Positions 61,205-64,000 of a stretch of 64,000 nt of DNA are shown piece after piece. The position numbers and the translations under genes were made by a program. This stretch comes from Lama glama (Eukaryota): positions 15,006,001 to 15,070,000 of the forward strand of contig CM052816.1 of assembly GCA_028534125.1 (NCBI GenBank), read 5' to 3'. Position 1 is the first letter of the stretch. Each line of letters starts with the position of its first letter. The notes beneath the pieces were generated by a model that was not told the DNA's origin, did not search any database, and saw only the letters and a list, made by a program, of their open reading frames with translations.

Positions 61205-61700
61205 CTGTGACATTGGAATGGACTCTGGACCAGAGATGGACATTAGTGGGGCACTTGGCAAAATTTGAATAAAGTTTGTTGATTAAATAACAGTGATATT
61301 AATGCTTATTTCCTATCTCAAACATTGTATTGTGGCTATATCTGATGTAACATTGGGGGATTAGGAGAGAGTATATTTAAACTCTTTGTAATCCTTTTGC
61401 AGCTCTTTGGAAGTCTGAAATTATTTCAAGATGAGAAGTTGAAAAATAAAAATAGATTAAAACAAAAAATTATTATGCTGAGTTAAAGAAGGCAAACACA
61501 AAAAGTCATACTGAACAATTCCATTTACATATTATTCCAGAAAATGCAATTAATTAATACTGACAGAAAGCAGATCTGTGGGTTCTTTGAGGTCTGCAAC
61601 GGAGGGAGGAACGACTGCAAAAAATAACAGAAAATTTTCCGGAGTGATGGAAACATTCTGCGTCTTCAGGGTAGTGGTGATTTCAAGAGAGTCATAGACT
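61205..61700 (+). mobile_element. L1MC/ME-type 3' fragments
   Basis: gacattagtggg...aaaatttgaataaag...gtctgaaattatttcaa and attccatttacat...gacagaaagcagatc. Confidence 0.6.
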
Positions 61701-62799
61701 ATGAAGGACACCATAAAGGAAGCAAAGGTTGATGTTTATGCTCTCAAAATTAAAAGGCTCTTTGCTCTCCACAGAGCTACAAAGAGCACCATGACAGTTC
61801 AGGCTTATTCGATTTTCAGTTGAACGGAAGTTGAGAGGCATCATAGATCACCACTTGTAATTCACAATGAACCAGAACGCACAACCTTCCCAGTACTTAA
61901 AATAATCCTTGGTAGTAGAGGATGGGTACTGGGGAGGAGCATTTAATCTTAAACACATTAATAATTAACTATCTTGCTCCGCCTGTCATTAACCTGAGGA
62001 AGATACCCTTTAAAGACTTTGATGGAGATGAAGAACATGCTCTCCTTTTTAAGAGAAAAAGCCAAATGTAAAACCTTTTATCTGTTACATGACATTTTCC
62101 AACACCAAGGAGCAAGAATGGGAAACCAGTTATGTTATTAACTTCCTGAGTGTCTATGTTACTTCTAAATATTAAGCTGGGGACTAGAGACAATCTGACT
62201 CAGTTAATTAATTAACTTGCAATTAATTATTGGACCTGATTGAATAGTTTTTTCCAAAATAGTCCCAAATGTGGCTTGAAATAGGGCAAAAAAATAATTA
62301 TGTTTGAGTAAGAATAATTCATATAAATAAATCCGATTACCTCCCCTCCAACAAAATTTTTAAAATAAAAAAAATAAAATAAAATAGAGTAATTCCTGAC
62401 CCACAACTATTACAGAAGCAGATCCAGCAGACAGGTTAAGACAACACTCTTAATCATAATCATCTACAGAAGGAATATGCCAATGTTACAAGCTGAGAGC
62501 ACAAAGAGATGTTTCTGGAGTGATAGAACTATTACAGTGGAGCAGGTGGTTAAGAGAAATAGAGACAGTTCTCATGTCTTGCCTCACAACTAAGAGAAAA
62601 CAGGCAAAGATCACTAGAATGCTTTGACAGACTTGTAAAATACAAAAATACTTGGGAGGAAAAACCAGCATTTTTTTCCTTTGCTCAGCTTGCTCAGGTG
62701 TTTCTAAGGCAACGAAATCTAATAATTACTGTCAAAACACAGAATGTGTAAGTAAGGAGGATGGACCCCAAATTCGTGTTCATTCCTAAAATCCGATGG

Positions 62800-63600
62800 A
62801 CCCACCTAAGGGACATCAATCTTTTAATTATCCACTCTTTTAACCTTTTCTTCTCTATTGGCCCTCTACATCCCAATCAAATGTCCCCTCTTTTGAAGGT
62901 AATTACTTTTAAGGGTACTCAATAGTTTCATCTCTGTTTTCCTAATCCCCTTCCTTTTTTAATTCACTGCTTCTCCTCTAACCACACTTCTCAAACTTAT
63001 TTTGCTAAAATGTTCAATGACATCATAATGACCAGCCCAATAAACACTTTAACAACCTCTTCTTACTTGACTTTTCTGTGACATTCTACAATTAATTGCA
63101 ACCAACACTTTTTTCTCGAAATTTTCCTGTTTTGATTTTGATAAAGTATCTTTCCTATTTCTTTTGGCCCTTTTTTCCTTCTCCATTTTATATGCTATCC
63201 ATACATAGTTTCATCCACACCCTAGGCTTCAACCATCACCTTTATGCAAATGACTCAAAGTTTATATTTAGAATTCAAACCTCTCTCAGATCAACAAATT
63301 CAAGTGACTATTGTCTACCACTACCTAAATGACATTTCCAAACTGAACCCATTGTTTCCATGAACCTTGACATTATCTGCTATTTTACTGTAGTACTCAC
63401 ATTTATTAACTAAGTCCTATCAAGTCTACCTCTAATATTATATTAAATTCCTTCCTCTAGCCTCAACTTAAATCTTCATAATTTCTTATCTAGATACTTT
63501 AGTGGTAGTTTAAATCCTTTACTCAACTGTAGCCCTATATAGTGGATACTATATAATACTGCTAATAACGTCTTATTAAAATTTAATTTTGATAATGAAA
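62800..63600 (+). mobile_element. Degraded L2
   Basis: tcttacttgacttttctgtgacattc...ggcttcaaccatcacctttatgcaaatgactc. Confidence 0.5.
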
Positions 63601-64000
63601 CTTTAACATCTTAAACTCTTTCAACTTTTTAAAATATTTTTTCTGCGTGTTATTCTTAATTTTAGAAAAAAAGCTGTTACGCTAAATAAAATAATTATTC
63701 CATTGGAATTTTTATTGACACAGGGCCAAAGCCAACTAAATTGGGGAAAATATATTTTTGTAATACTCTGTCTAAGACTATATTATGCCCCTCCATTTAT
63801 ATAAGATTTTGAAATACTTTTGAACAAAATTTCACACTTTTCCCTTCACACTTCTCATAAAGTCATTCCTAGGTTATGTTTATTGCTCTTCTGAATGAGA
63901 TCTCTATCTGCCATTTTATTTTTTACTATTGGCAAATATAAAAACTATAATTATTTGGATGCAAATCATCTACCTAGGCACCTTTAAATGATTTGAGGCA

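Noticed and set aside
46700..64000. Additional variable exon (PCDHAC1) or protocadherin pseudogene
   Set aside because: No cadherin motifs in any listed ORF and no second CpG island. AlphaC1 should lie beyond the right edge of the window.
1..64000. CRISPR array, operon or other prokaryote-type novel system
   Set aside because: Clearly mammalian intron-exon DNA, with no regularly spaced repeat-spacer structure.

Overview
Mammalian genomic DNA, probably camelid (inferred from a tRNA-Ala-derived Vic-1-like SINE). It holds the 3' end of the clustered protocadherin-alpha locus on the minus strand. Elements present: the CpG-island promoter and 2565-bp variable exon of PCDHAC2 (45701-43137); the three alpha constant exons (34179-34121, 31153-31065, 7646-~4918); and a 441-nt alternative intron in the last exon that gives the A and B C-termini. 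All splice sites are canonical, and the spliced A-form reads through as 1007 aa. The rest is intronic or intergenic DNA with L1, L2, MIR, MaLR, ERV1-like LTR and hAT elements, and a 500-N assembly gap. I found no convincing new biological system, and this is a well-studied locus. The leads worth testing are regulatory: a strong-Kozak uORF upstream of PCDHAC2, candidate enhancers in the last intron (CpG-rich patch, RFX X-boxes, paired TAATCC sites), a GAS motif in a MER41-like LTR, and a 3'UTR hairpin over a miRNA seed site. Repeat family names and human comparisons come from recall, not from a database search.
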